A stretch of 64,000 nt of DNA, taken from the NCBI RefSeq assembly GCF_018350175.1, contig NC_058368.1, positions 220,660,001 through 220,724,000 on the forward strand, written 5' to 3'. The stretch is from Felis catus. Taxonomy: Eukaryota. Positions 10,474 through 22,345 of the stretch are shown here, one piece after another (within the stretch, counting starts at the first letter, position 1; every line of letters begins with the position of its first letter). The position numbers were made by a program, and so were the translations under genes. The notes beneath the pieces were generated by a model. The model was given only the letters and a program-made list of their open reading frames with translations. It ran no database searches and was not told the origin of the DNA.

Positions 10474-11394
10474 TAAAACTACAGTCATACTTCACACTTT
10501 ATGTATCTTGAATTTTATCAAAACACTTAACAGCAGGAAACTGTTTTCCTTTGACAGCATCATTTAAATCTTCTCATTTACATGTCTACTATTGTTATTC
10601 TTAAATGATGAAATTAGTTTTCAAAGCTGGATGAGATAATTATATTATTTGTGCTGGACTCCTTTTGTAAAATGTAAATCTCTAAAATTATCCTAATAAT
10701 AATTTGAAAAAAATAGGAGATTAGTTCATTACAAATATTTTCTATGACATGCTAAATAGTTTCACTTTGATTTAATTTTAGTAAAATATGTATCCCTCTT
10801 TAAAACAATACAGTTATGGTTCTATATACAAAGTAAATTGTTAAAGAGTTTCTTTTGTCTTCTGATCCTAAATTTTTTTTCTGTACCCCATTGTCTATCA
10901 AAAGCACCTTACATGTCCAATTTTTCCAAGACAGAAACAAGGCTTATTTCCTTTCCTTAAACTCTATCCACTTTGCCTTAGTGGGCAAAATCCATAACAA
11001 GTTACACCATTCCACCATCGAGTTCCATAAGACCCATCTTCCTCAGCACATAGAGACTCCTGTAATTTGACATCTGCTTTCTCTCCAGACTTATCTTGTG
11101 CATTGTATCAACTCATGCCCTGCTTTCCAAACATATATTGTATTTGTCCTCTACTGTTTGGTCTGTCCTGCCATCATTTGAAATAGCAACTTTGTGTTCT
11201 GAAAGTTCTTTCTTCCCACTCCAAGTGTTTGGTTGTAATACAGCAGCAAAACTCTTTGTCCTGCCTGGTAACTTTTGGGGTAAGCCAGATTCAAACTAGG
11301 CTGATTAAATTTCTTCCCTTGGGGGAACATACAGCTATTTAAATATTTAAAAACTTATTATACAAGCATGTATAAACACATTTTATATACAATT

Positions 11395-11421
11395 ACACAC
11401 ACACACACACACACACACACC
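11395..11421. repeat. (CA)n microsatellite
   Basis: Direct observation. Confidence 0.95.
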
Positions 11422-11479
11422 AACATAGAATAGAGAGAAAAAAGGAAATTCCTCTTTAGTAGAGAGAAATGCATATGAG

Positions 11480-11605
11480 TATCAGAAGTTTAAAGCTTAT
11501 TTGATATGGGGGGGGGCTCGATTTAAGAAAATCACACAATTTTAATAACAAGATCCTATAAGGGTCCAATGTCCATGTGGATTACTGAAGACTAAGCTTT
11601 TTAGC
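11480..11605. mobile_element. Possible hAT-Tip100-type MITE/terminus
   Basis: aagcttat...ggggggg.ctc..tttaagaaaa...ctgaagactaagcttt resembles recalled hAT-Tip100 terminal sequence. Confidence 0.3.
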
Positions 11606-12505
11606 TGGAATTCAGAGATTCTAAGTTAAGTCATTCCTATTTTAAAATTCTAAAGTCCACGATGTTATATCTGAAATGGATATATAATGAAAGAATTGGC
11701 CTCAATTTACAAAATTAATACCAAAATGTAAAGATCTTTCCATCATATACATAAAAAGTTAAATTTAATCAGTTGACAATAAGTTATGTTCATGACTAAA
11801 CAGTTTCAAATACATCTGATAGTATTTGGTTACAAATTCTAACTTATTTTATAGAAGTATTTTGTGAATTAATGTACAAATGATTAGAAGACATCCTTTA
11901 CAATTAATAGCATTAAATATTAAATTTAAATATATAATATTTATTAATAGTGCACAGCTTAAGAACCAACTTAGTTATCATATTTAAATTTTCAATATTA
12001 ACCCATTTAATATTTGATTTATTCCAGGTCAAATCACTAATAATTTGGTAAGAATGTGCAGAAGAAATGGTTTCTGATTCTTTGCCTAGTATTATACTGT
12101 ACTTCACAGAGAATCTTAAATGTATTTGTCAGCACTGCAATGCAATTGTTTTTTAACGCCTTTTTAAAAGATCTAAACTTATTAACATTTTAAAAACATA
12201 TAACATTATAAGCAAGATATGCATTGGTAAAGATCAATTTTGGAATAACGTGATTGCCATTAACACATGTTTATTACTGGTGGCTGTCTACGTTCTAAAT
12301 ATCATCATATTTATTAAGAAGTTAAAACTCTCCAAAAAACAACCAAGTTTTAATAATATGTTAATAAAAGATATTTCCATATTTGAACCATTTCACTCGA
12401 TTGGGTTGATAGGCTTTTCTCAAGAGTCTTCCGTTTTTTCAATATGCATCAAACTTCCCAATTTCAAAATTTAGGAGGGCTTTTTTCTCATTGTTGTTGT
12501 CATTG

Positions 12506-12692
12506 TTTAATTTTTTAATGTTTATTTATTTTGAGAGAGAGACAAAGCCTGAGCAGAGAAGGGGCAGAGAAAGAGGGAGACACAAAATCTGAAGTGGGCC
12601 GCAGGCTCTGAGCTGTCAGCACAGAGCCTAATGCGGGGCTCAAACCTGCAAACTGTGACATCATGACCTGAGCCAAAGTCGGATGCTCAACT
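12506..12692 (-). mobile_element. Can-SINE lacking its 5'-most ~20 bp
   Basis: Body is recognisable up to ggatgctcaactg. The expected actgagccacccaggcgcccc is absent and no TSD is seen. Confidence 0.92.
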
Positions 12693-13073
12693 GGGTGTTA
12701 TTACACCCTGGGTGTTATTAAATCAGAAAATTTTGATAGTGGAAAAGTGATAAATGAATACTTCCATAAATACATTCAAGAATTGGATGTTTCAAAAGTT
12801 ACTTGTCTTATACCATGAAAAAATGCAAATTTCAAGCCTTTATTATATAATAATCTTGGTAATAAAGTCATATTTCTTCATGGTACTCTTAGTCCCATGA
12901 TACTGCTAAAAATTAACTCATATCATATCATTTTGCAAAATACATTGAAATGTTCAGAGCTTTGTTCTGTATAAGGGAAAAAAGAGGATAGATGAGCTAG
13001 TAAGAAAACAATATGTACTTTAACCACATTTTTTTTAATTTTGTTTTTTATTTTTTAAAAGTTGCATTCCCTC

Positions 13074-13297
13074 GGGGCGCCTGGGTGGCGCAGTCGGTTG
13101 AGCGGCCGACTTCAGCCAGGTCACGATCTCGGGGTCCGTGAGTTCGAGCCCCGCGTCAGGCTCTGGGCTTATGGCTCGGAGCCTGGAGCCTGTTTCCGAT
13201 TCTGTGTCTCCCTCTCTCTGCCCCTCGCCCGTTCATGCTCTGTCTCTCTCTGTCCCAAAAATAAATAAAAAACGTTGAAAAAAAATTAAAAAAAAAA
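13074..13297 (+). mobile_element. Young Felis-type Can-SINE
   Basis: CpG-rich, with diagnostic cttcagccaggtcacgatctc. Perfect 18-bp TSD taaaagttgcattccctc (13056-13073, 13298-13315). Confidence 0.97.
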
Positions 13298-13310
13298 TAA
13301 AAGTTGCATT

Positions 13311-13403
13311 CCCTCTCTCTCTCTCTGCACCTCTCCCGCTCATGCTCTGTCTCTCTCTGTGTCAAAAATTAATAAACATTTAAAAAATTAAAAAAAAATA
13401 AAA
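13311..13403 (+). mobile_element. 5'-truncated Can-SINE (CT region + tail only)
   Basis: ccctctctctctctctgcacctctcccgctcatgctctgtctctc...aataaacatttaaaaaa with no head. Confidence 0.85.
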
Positions 13404-13629
13404 GGGAACGCCTGGGTGGCTCAGTCGGTTGAGCGTCCGACTTCGGCTCAGGTCATGATCTCACGGTCTGTGACCTTGAGCCCTGTGTCGGGCTCTGTGC
13501 TGACAGCTCAGAGCCTGGAGCCTGCTTTGGATTCTGTGTCTCCCTCTCTCTCTGCCCCTCCCTCGCTCATGCTCTGTCTCTCTCTCTCTCTGTCAAAAAT
13601 AAATAAACATTTAAAAAATTAAAAAAAAA
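13404..13629 (+). mobile_element. Can-SINE inserted in the tail of the preceding SINE
   Basis: Complete head, body and tail. Confidence 0.95.
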
Positions 13630-13849
13630 TTACATCCTAATTAGTAAGCATATAGTGCAACACCGACTTCAGGAGTAGATTCCTTAGTGCCCCTTACCCA
13701 TGTAGCCCATCCCCCCTCTCACAACCCCTCCAGTAACCCTCAGTTTGTTCTCCATATTTATGAGTGTCTTCTGTTTTGTCCCCCTCCCAGTTTTTATATT
13801 ATTTTTGTTTCCCTTCCCTTATGTTCATCTGTTTTGTCTCTTAACATCC

Positions 13850-16800
13850 TCATATGAGTGAAATCATATGATTTTTGTCTTTCTCCGACTAATTTCACTT
13901 AGCATAATACCCTCCAGTTCCATCCACGTAGTTGCAAATGGCAAGATTTCATTCTTTTTGATTGCTGAGTAATACTCCATTGTATATATATATACCATAT
14001 TTTCTTTATCCATTCATCCATCGATGGACATTTGGGCTCTTTCCATACTTTGGCTATTGTTGATAGTGCTGCTATAAACATGGGGGTGCATGTGTCCCTT
14101 CAAAACAGCACACCTGTATCCTATGGATAAATGTTTAGTAGTGCAATTGCTGGGTTGTAGGGTAGTTCTATTTTTAGTTTTTTGAGGAACATCCATACTG
14201 TTTTCCAGAGTGGCTGCACCAGCTTGCATTCCCACCAAAATGCAAAAAAAGATCCTCTTTCTCCACATCCTCGCCTTGCCAACATCTGTTGTTGCCTGAG
14301 TTGTTAATGTTAGCCATTCTGACAGATGTAAGGTGGTATCTCATTGTGGTTTTGATTTGTATTTCCCTGATGATGAGTGATGTTGAGCAGTTTTTCATGT
14401 GTCGGTTGGCCATCTGGATGTCTTCTTTGGAGAAGTGTCTATTCATGTCTTGCTCATTTCTTCACTGGACTATTTGTTTTTTTTGGGTGTTGAGTTTGAT
14501 AAGTTCTTTATAGATTTTGGATACTAAGCCTTTATCTGATATGTCATTTGCAAATATCTTCTCCCATTCTGTCGGGTTCCTTTTAGTTTTGCTGATTGTT
14601 TCCTTCGCTGTGAGGAAGATTTTTATTTTGATGAGGTGCCAGAAGTTCATTTTTGCTTTTGTTTCCCTTGCCTCTGGAGATGTATTGAGTAAGAAGTTGC
14701 TGCGGCTAAGATCAAAGAGATTTTTGCCTGCTTTATCTTCAAAGATTTTGATGGCTTTCTGTGTTACATTTAGGTCTTCCATCCATTTTGAGTTTATTTT
14801 TGTGTATGGTATAAGAAAGTGGTCCAGGTTCATTCTTCTGTATGTCGCTGTCCAGTTTTCCCAATACCACTTGCTGAAGAGACTGTCTTTATTCCATTGG
14901 ATATTCTTTCCTGCTTTGTCAAAGATTAGTTGGCCATACATTTCTGGGTCCATTTCTGCATTCTTCATTCTGTTCCATTGATCTGAGTGTCTGTTCTTGT
15001 GCCAGTACCATACTGTCTTGATGATTACAGCTTTGTAGTATAGCTTGAAGTTTGGGATTGTGATGCCTCCTGCTTTGGTTTTCTTTTTCAAGATTGCTTT
15101 GGCTATTTGGGGTCTTTTCTGGTCCCATAAAAATTTTAGGATTATTTGTTCTAGCTTTGTGAAGAATGCTGGTGTTAATTTGATAGAGATTGCATTGAAT
15201 ATGTAGATTGCTTTGTGTAGTATCGACATTTTAAGAATATTTGTTCTGCCTATCAGGAGCATGGAATCTTTTTCCATTTCTTTATGTCTTCTTCAATTTA
15301 TTTCATAAGCTTTGTATAGTTTTCAGTGCATAGATTTTTCACCTCTTTGGTTAGATTTATTCCTAGGTATTTTATGGGTTTTGGTGCAATTGTAAATGGG
15401 ATCGATTCCTTGATTTCTTTTTCTGTTACTTCATTTTTGTTGTATAGAAATGCAACTGATTTCTGTACATTGAATTTATATCCTGCAACTTTGCTGAATT
15501 CATGAATCAATTCTGGCAGTTTTTTGGTTGAATCTTTTGGGTTTTCCATGTAGAGTATCATGTCGTCTGTAAAGAGTGAAAGTTTGACCTCCTCCTGGCC
15601 AATTTGGATGCCTTTTATTTCTTTGTGTTGTCTGATTGCAGAGGCTAAGACTTCCAATACTATGTTGAATAACAGTGGTGAGAATGGACATCCCTGTCTT
15701 GTTCCTGACCTTAGGGGGAAGCTCTCAGTTTTTCCCCATTGAGGATGATATTAATATTGGGTCGTTCATATATGGCTTTTATGATCTTGTGGTATTATCC
15801 TTCTATCCCTACTTTCTTGAGGGTTTTTATCAAGAAAGGATACTGTATTTTGTCAAATGCTTTCTCTGCATCTATTTAGAGGATCATATGGTTCTTGTCC
15901 TTTCTTTTATTGATGTGATGAATCACATTAATTGTTTTGTGGATATTGGACCAGCCCTGCATCCCATGTATAAATCGCACTTGGTCCTGGTAAATAATTT
16001 TTTTAATGTATTGTTGGATCTGGTTTGTTAATATCTTGTTAAGAATTTTTGCATCCATGTTCATCAGGGAAATTGGTCTATAGTTCTCCTTTTTAGTGAG
16101 GTCTCTGTCTGGTTTTGGAATCAGGGTAATGTTGACTTCATAGAAAGAGTTTGGAAGTTTTCCTTCCATTTCTATTTTTTGGAACAGTTTCAAGAGAATA
16201 GGTGTTAACTCTTCCTTAAATGTTTGGTAGAATTCCGCTGGAAAGCCATCTGGCCCTGGACTCTTGTTGTTTTGGTAGATTTTTGATTACTAATTCGATT
16301 TCTTTACTGGTTATGGATCTGTTCAAATTTTCTATTTTCTTCCTGTTTCAGTTTGGGTACTGTAGATGTTTCTAGGAATTTGTCCATTTCTTCCGGACTG
16401 CCCATTTTGTTGGCATATAATTGCTCATAATATTCTTTTATTATTGTTTCTATTTCTGTTGTGTTGGTTGTGATCTCTCCTCTTTCATTCTTGATTTTAT
16501 TTATTTGGAACCTTTCCTTTTTCTTCTTGATCAAACTGGCTAGTGGTTTATCAATTTGTTAATTCTTTCAAAGAACCAGCTTCTGTTTTCATTGATCTGT
16601 TCTACTGTTTTTTTGGTTTCAATAGCATTAATTTCTTCTCTAATCTTATTATTTCCTGTCTTCCTCTGGTTTGGGGTTTTATTTGCTGTTCTTTTTCCAG
16701 CTCCTTAAGGGGTAAGGTTAGGTTGTGTACCTGAGATCTTTCTTCCTTCTTTTTTTTTTTTAATGTTTTATTTATTTTTGAGACAGAGAGAGACAGAGCA

Positions 16801-17899
16801 TGAGCAGGGAAGGGGCAGAGAGAGAGGGAGACACAGAATCCGAAGCAGGCTCCAGGCTATGAGCTGTCAGCACAGAGCCCAATGCAGGGCTCGATCTCAC
16901 AAACCGCAAGATCATGACCTGAGCCAAAGTCAGATGCTCAACCAACTGACCACCCAGGCGCCCCTAAGATCTTTCCTCCTTCTTTAGGAAGGCCTGGATT
17001 GCTATATACTTTCCTCTTATGACCTCCTTGCTGCGCCCCAGAAGTTTTGGGTTGTGGTGTTATCATTTTCATTGACTTCTGTATACTTTTTAATTTCCTC
17101 TTTAACTTCTTCGTTAGCCCATTCATTCTTTAGTAGGATGTTCTTCAGTCTCCAAGTGTTTGTTACCTTTCCAAATATTTTCTTGTGGTTGATTTCGAGT
17201 TTCATAGCATTGTGGTCTGAAAATATGCATGGTATGATCTCAATCTTTTTGTACTTACTTAGGGTTGATTTGTGTCCCAGTATGTGATCTATTCTTGATA
17301 ACGTTCCATGTGCACTGGAGAAGAATGTATATTCTGCTGCTTTAGGATGAAATGTTCTGAATATATCTGTTAAGTCCATCTGGTCCAGTGTGTCATTCAA
17401 AGCCATTGTTTCCTTGTTGATTTTTTTTATTAGATGATCTGTCCATTGCTGTGAGTAGGGTGTTGAAGTCTCCTACTATTATGGTATTACTATTGATGAG
17501 TTTCTTTATGTTTGTGATTAGTTGATTGATATATTTGGGTGCCTCCACATTTGGCACACAAGTGTTTACAATTGTTAGGTCTTCTTGGTGGATAGACCCC
17601 TTGATTACGATATAATGCCCTTCTGCATCTCTTGATATTGTCTTTATTTTAAAGTCCAGATTGTCTAATATAAGTATGGCTACTCTGGTTTTCTTTTGTT
17701 GACCATTAGCATGATAGATGGTTCTCCATTCCCTTATTTTCAACCTGAAGGTGTCTTTAGGTCTAAAGTTGGTCTCTTGTAAACAGCATATAGATGGATC
17801 TTGTTTTCTTATGCATTCTGTTACCCTATGTCTTTTGATTGGAGCATTGAGTCCATTGACATTTAGAGTGAGTACTGAAAGACATGAATTTATTGCCAT
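13850..17899 (-). pseudogene. L1 ORF2 (APE endonuclease - reverse transcriptase - C-terminal domain), multiply frameshifted, SINE-interrupted
   Basis: ORF track fragments: LTLNVNGLNAPIKRHRV, CCLQET, IVGDFNT, SRIDH, FSDHN (endonuclease); [32 protein letters not shown] (RT); MRYHLT and PKCPSMDEWIKK (C-terminal). Confidence 0.97.
16752..16964 (-). mobile_element. Can-SINE nested in L1 ORF2
   Basis: TSD agatctttc(t/c)tccttcttt on both sides. Confidence 0.95.
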
Positions 17900-17962
17900 T
17901 ATGATTCTTGTAGAGTTGGAGTTTCTGGTGGTGTTCTCTGGTCCTTTCTATGTTGTTTTTGG

Positions 17963-17984
17963 TATATATATATATATATGTATG

Positions 17985-18042
<58 letters not shown>
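17963..18042. repeat. (TA)n/(TATG)n microsatellite in the L1 inter-ORF spacer
   Basis: Direct observation. Confidence 0.95.
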
Positions 18043-18046
<4 letters not shown>

Positions 18047-18058
18047 TCTTTTCTCCCC

Positions 18059-18910
18059 TCAGAGAGTCCCCCTTAAAATTTCTTGCAGGGCTGGTTTAAT
18101 GGTCACAAATTCCTTTAATTTTTGTTTTTCTGGGAAACTTTTTATCTCTCCTTCTATTTTGAATGACAGCCTTGCCGGATAAAGAATTCTTGGCTGCATG
18201 TTTTTTTCTGATTTATCGCATTGAATATATCCTGCCACTCTTTTCTGGCCTGCCAAATTTCTGTGGATAGGTCTGCTGCAAACCTGATCTGTCTTCCCTT
18301 GTAGGTTAGGGATTTTTTTTCACTTGCTGCTTTCATGATTCTCTCCTTGCTTGAGTATTTTGTGAATTTGACTATGATATGCCTTGTTGATGGTCGGTTT
18401 TTGTTGAATCTAATGGGGGTCCTCTGTGCTTCCTGGATTTTGATGTCTGTGTCTTTCCCCAGGTTAGGATAGTTTTCTGCTATGATTTGCTCATATAACC
18501 CTTCTACCACTTTTTCTCTCTCTTTCCTCTCTTTCCCTCTTTCTCTCTCTTCCTCTTCTAAATTCTTAAATTGTGCTCTTTTGTCTTCATCTCCCTCTTT
18601 TTTTCTGCTTCATTACTCTCTATAAGTTTGTCCTCTATATCACTGATTCTCTGTTCTGCCTCATCCATCCTTGCCACCGCTGCATCCATCCGTGATTGCA
18701 GCTCAGTTATATGATTTTTAATTTCATTCTATTTTTTACTTATTTTGCCTCTGCAGAAAGGGATTCTAATCTATTTTCAACTCCATCTAGTATTATTATC
18801 ATGATTCTAAATTCTGGTTCAGACATCTTGCTTGTATGTGTGTTACTTGTATCCCTGGCTGTCGTTTCTTCATGCTCTTTCTTTTGGGGAGAATTCCTTT
18901 GTTTTGTCAT
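18059..18910 (-). pseudogene. L1 ORF1, disrupted
   Basis: Fragments IQEAQRTPIRFNKNRPSTRHIIVKF, RQIRFAADLS and QPRILYPARLSFKIEGEIKSF...KPALQEILRG. ATG at 18910-18908. Confidence 0.93.
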
Positions 18911-18913
18911 TTT

Positions 18914-19128
18914 TTAAATTTTTTTAGTGTTTATTTATTTCTGAGACAGAGAGAGACAGAGCATGAGCGGGGGAGGGGCAGAGAGAGAGGGAGACACAGA
19001 ATCGGAAGTAGGCTCCAGGCTCTGAGCTGTCAGCACAGAGCCTGACGCGGGGCTCAAACTCACAAACCATGAGAGCATGACCTGAGCCGAAGTCAGTTGC
19101 TCAACTGACTGAGCCATCCAGGTGCCCC
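18914..19128 (-). mobile_element. Can-SINE inserted at the L1 ORF1 start codon
   Basis: TSD tgttttgtcatttt at 18900-18913 and 19129-19142. Confidence 0.95.
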
Positions 19129-20691
19129 TGTTTTGTCATTTTGAATGGAGAAAAGAAATTAATGAACTAGGAAAATTAAAATTAAAAAATTAAAATTAAA
19201 AAAATATTAAAATTAAAAATACACACATATGAAACTCAAATAAATGATTCTAGATCCTAGGTGTGTTTTGGTCTGGGTTTGAAAGTGGTTTGACAGATTA
19301 GAGAAAAAAAGAGGGGGGAAAAGAAGAAAAATTATTTGAGAATTTGAAAAAATGAATACACTGAAGTAGACTAAAATGAGATTATGGGAGTAAAACAGAA
19401 TTTGAAAAAATTTACACAAAAGTAAAGAATATAGTAGAAAAATTTAAAGAGAAATATTTTTAATAAAAATTAAAAATAAAAATGAATTTTTTCTCTTTTT
19501 GTATTCAACTAAAAGAAAAATGAAAAAGAGAAAAAAGAATTAGAGAAAAAAGGCAATCGTTTAAAAATTTGAAAAAGGGAACACACTGAAGTAGACTAAA
19601 ATAAAATGAAGGAAGTAAAGTAGAATTTGAAAAAATTTACAGAAAAGTAAAAAATATTGTAAAAAAATTAAAAATATTTTTAATAAAAATTGAAAATAAA
19701 AATGATTTTTTTCTCTTTCTGTGTTTAAGAGAAAGAAAAGAAGTGAAAAAGAGAGAAGAAAAAAAAAGAAAGAAAATTGAATAGATGGACCTACTAATAG
19801 ATTGAAATAGGACTGAAATTACTTTGTTTTCCCCTAGAAGTCAGACTATGAAGTGCTTTATAGTCCATAAACTAAGTAGGTGGTGAGACTTGTGTTCTTG
19901 AAGAGCGAGGTTGGCCCAGTTGGGCGGAGCTCAGTGTAATGGCTCCATTCTCCACTAGATGGCCCTGATAGCCTATTGGGGTGGAGTGTTGTGGCACTCG
20001 TAGGTGCACATGCGCATACCTAGAAGTGGTGACAACGGGGTCACCCAGCTACCCAGTCTCTAGTATTGGAACTCTGATCTGCCTGATCAGTAATCGTCCA
20101 CCCGTCCTCTATCTTCAGCTTTTGTCCACTCCCCACGTTTTCACTGTCCATGACCAGGCCCCAGGCAGTACCTCTCTCCTGAGTTTTGTCTCAGATGCGG
20201 CTGTTTTCCCCAGCCCTTTACTTCTGAAGGACTGCAGCTTTGACCTGTTCTACCCCTCAGCGGGACGATCTCAATGAGCAATGGCTGAATGTCAGCTGCA
20301 CCCAGGAACACTTGCTGGACCCTGTTGCTGCTGGTGCCCTGAGATTGTGGCCAGGTGCCAGCCCGCCTCAGAAAAAGTTCGGGAGATAGTGTAGAAGCAG
20401 CTTTTCAGTGAATATGGAAAATCACAACACACATCTGGGCCCAGGCTTCACCCTTAAGGACCTTGTTCCAGCACCAGCGAATGTGGAGTCTGCTGGGACC
20501 AGGTGGCTTCAACAGTCTCTACCAAATGTCCTTCCAGCAGTGGAACTGATTTTCCCGTTGTGACCCAAGAACCTCCCAGACACCACTCTGCTCCTGGGGA
20601 TTTGCCCTTCCCACCAGAGCACTGCCAGGTATTGAGCTGTGGAGTTTCAGACTCTGCGCTTCCCCTGTTTGCAGTCTTAATGGAATTTAAA

Positions 20692-20741
20692 CCTTCTCCT
20701 TTCTCCTTTCTCCTTTCTCCTTTCTCCTTTCTCTTTTCTCC
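20692..20741. repeat. (TTTCTCC)n heptamer run in L1 5'UTR
   Basis: Direct observation. Confidence 0.85.
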
Positions 20742-21100
20742 CTTTTTAGTTTAGTCCCTGTGGCTGTTTCCAATTTTCCACTTTCTCTCCACCTGCTTTG
20801 GGGGAGCGGTGCTTTTCCTCTATTCTCCACCCCCCACCCCATCTCTGTCCTCTCTCCACCCACAAAACACCTCCCTTCTCACGGCTTCTCTCTCCCCAAG
20901 TTCACCTCTCTGTGCAACGTACCTGCTGAATTCTGTGGTTCAGGTTGCACAGATTTTTGTGTTAATCCTCAGATCAGTTTTCTATGTGTGCAGGATGATT
21001 TAGTGTTGGTCTGGCTCTGTTGGTCATGGACGCGAGACACACAAAAAACTTCGATGCTATTCTGCCATCTTGGCTCCTCCTCCAATCTAGCCACATGTTT

Positions 21101-21334
21101 TATTTTTATTTATTTATTTTTGATTTTTTTTGACATTTATTTATTTTTGAGACAGAGAGAAACAGAGCATGAACAGGGGAGGAGCAGAGAGAGAGGGAGA
21201 CGCAGAATTTGAAACAGGCTCCAGGCTCTGAGCTGTCAGCACAGAGCCCAACGCGGGGCTAGAACTCACAAACTGTGAGATCATGACCTGAGCCAAAGTC
21301 GGACGCTTAACCGACCAAGCCACCCAGGCGCCCC
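21101..21334 (-). mobile_element. Can-SINE inserted in the L1 target-site copy
   Basis: TSD cta(g/a)ccacatgtttta at 21087 and 21336. Confidence 0.95.
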
Positions 21335-22224
21335 ACTAACCACATGTTTTAAAGGAAAGTTAGTGTTCAATATTTTAGCACTGAAATAAATATATCACTA
21401 TTTTCTTAAAAATCAATTTACACTATCATAGAAACTACTATAAACCATTTCTACTTTGTACCAAGAAACAGCATTCTCAAGCTTTCTCAATTCTCGGAAT
21501 TGTAATTCTTTTTTCACTCCCAAGTATAACGTAAATATATGCTCATTAAAAGTTCATTAGAATGTTTTCTATAAAAATGTATTATTGACTTTGGCATAAT
21601 AATGCATGCTAAAAATGTCTTGATTACTGATTTTTCACTAAATAACTATTATCAGGGTTTAAGGATGAATAGATTTTAAAGATCATATGTCATTTTACTA
21701 ATAAAAATTTGACAGGTCCTTTCAACAAGGACCAAGAAATAAATATCAAAATTCTTTTTATAAACCTGAGTTCTTATTAACAGAAATAGAATCAGGGTTT
21801 CTTTTTGAAATTATGGAAACATAATTAACAATCTGACACTATGTTCACAGTTAATTTAAAAAAAAGATTGTTTTCTGCATTTTAACATTTCAAAAAGCAA
21901 GTGAATCAAGAGTATTATTTTTAACACATAATACATGAAATAAAATTATGAAATTTCAGTTCTACATGACAGGTCAATGATCCTTTTAATTGTTGGCATA
22001 TATGCCTTACTCTTATTCTTTCATTTCTATAATTTAATTGTCTTCTGACTTTAAACAATGTATATGAACTCAGTGTTGTCACCTACTTTTGATTTTCTAA
22101 TTTGCACAGTGAGGCAACTGCTTTATGTGAAAACAGATTTTTTTTTAATGTAAAAAGAAAGCCATGCTTTTCCAGAAATTGTTGTCAAACGTTTGTGTGA
22201 CTGAACATCATCTGAGGAGTCTGT

Positions 22225-22345
22225 ATAATATGCATATTCTGAAGACCCACTCTGAGAAATCCGAAACCATTGTATCTGAGTTAGGGTCCATAAATCTGCA
22301 GTTTTAAATGAGTTCCTCAGGTGATTGTGATGTCAAACACTGCAC
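22225..22345. mobile_element. MER5-like hAT-Charlie fragment
   Basis: gacccactctgaga..aatctgcagttttaaatgagttcctcaggtgattgtgatg. Confidence 0.5.

Larger units (their letters stand above)
13030..21083 (-). mobile_element. Full-length, inactivated felid LINE-1 (~7 kb plus nested SINEs)
   Basis: 5' end ggaggaggagccaagatggc (YY1 site, 21064-21083 rc), then 5'UTR, ORF1, ORF2 fragments, 3'UTR and T-tract at 13030-13056. Probable TSD ta(a/g)ccacat(g)tttt at 13021 and 21088. Confidence 0.97.

Noticed and set aside
14462..15277. Longest ORF (271 aa) as a functional gene or novel RT system
   Set aside because: It is one fragment of a frameshifted, SINE-interrupted L1 ORF2. The RT core reads FTDD instead of FADD and lies in a separate fragment.
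20760..21212. 150-aa ORF antisense to the L1 5' end
   Set aside because: Non-ATG start. It runs from the L1 5'UTR through the TSD into a SINE tail, so it is a chance chimera, and there is no second copy in the window to compare.
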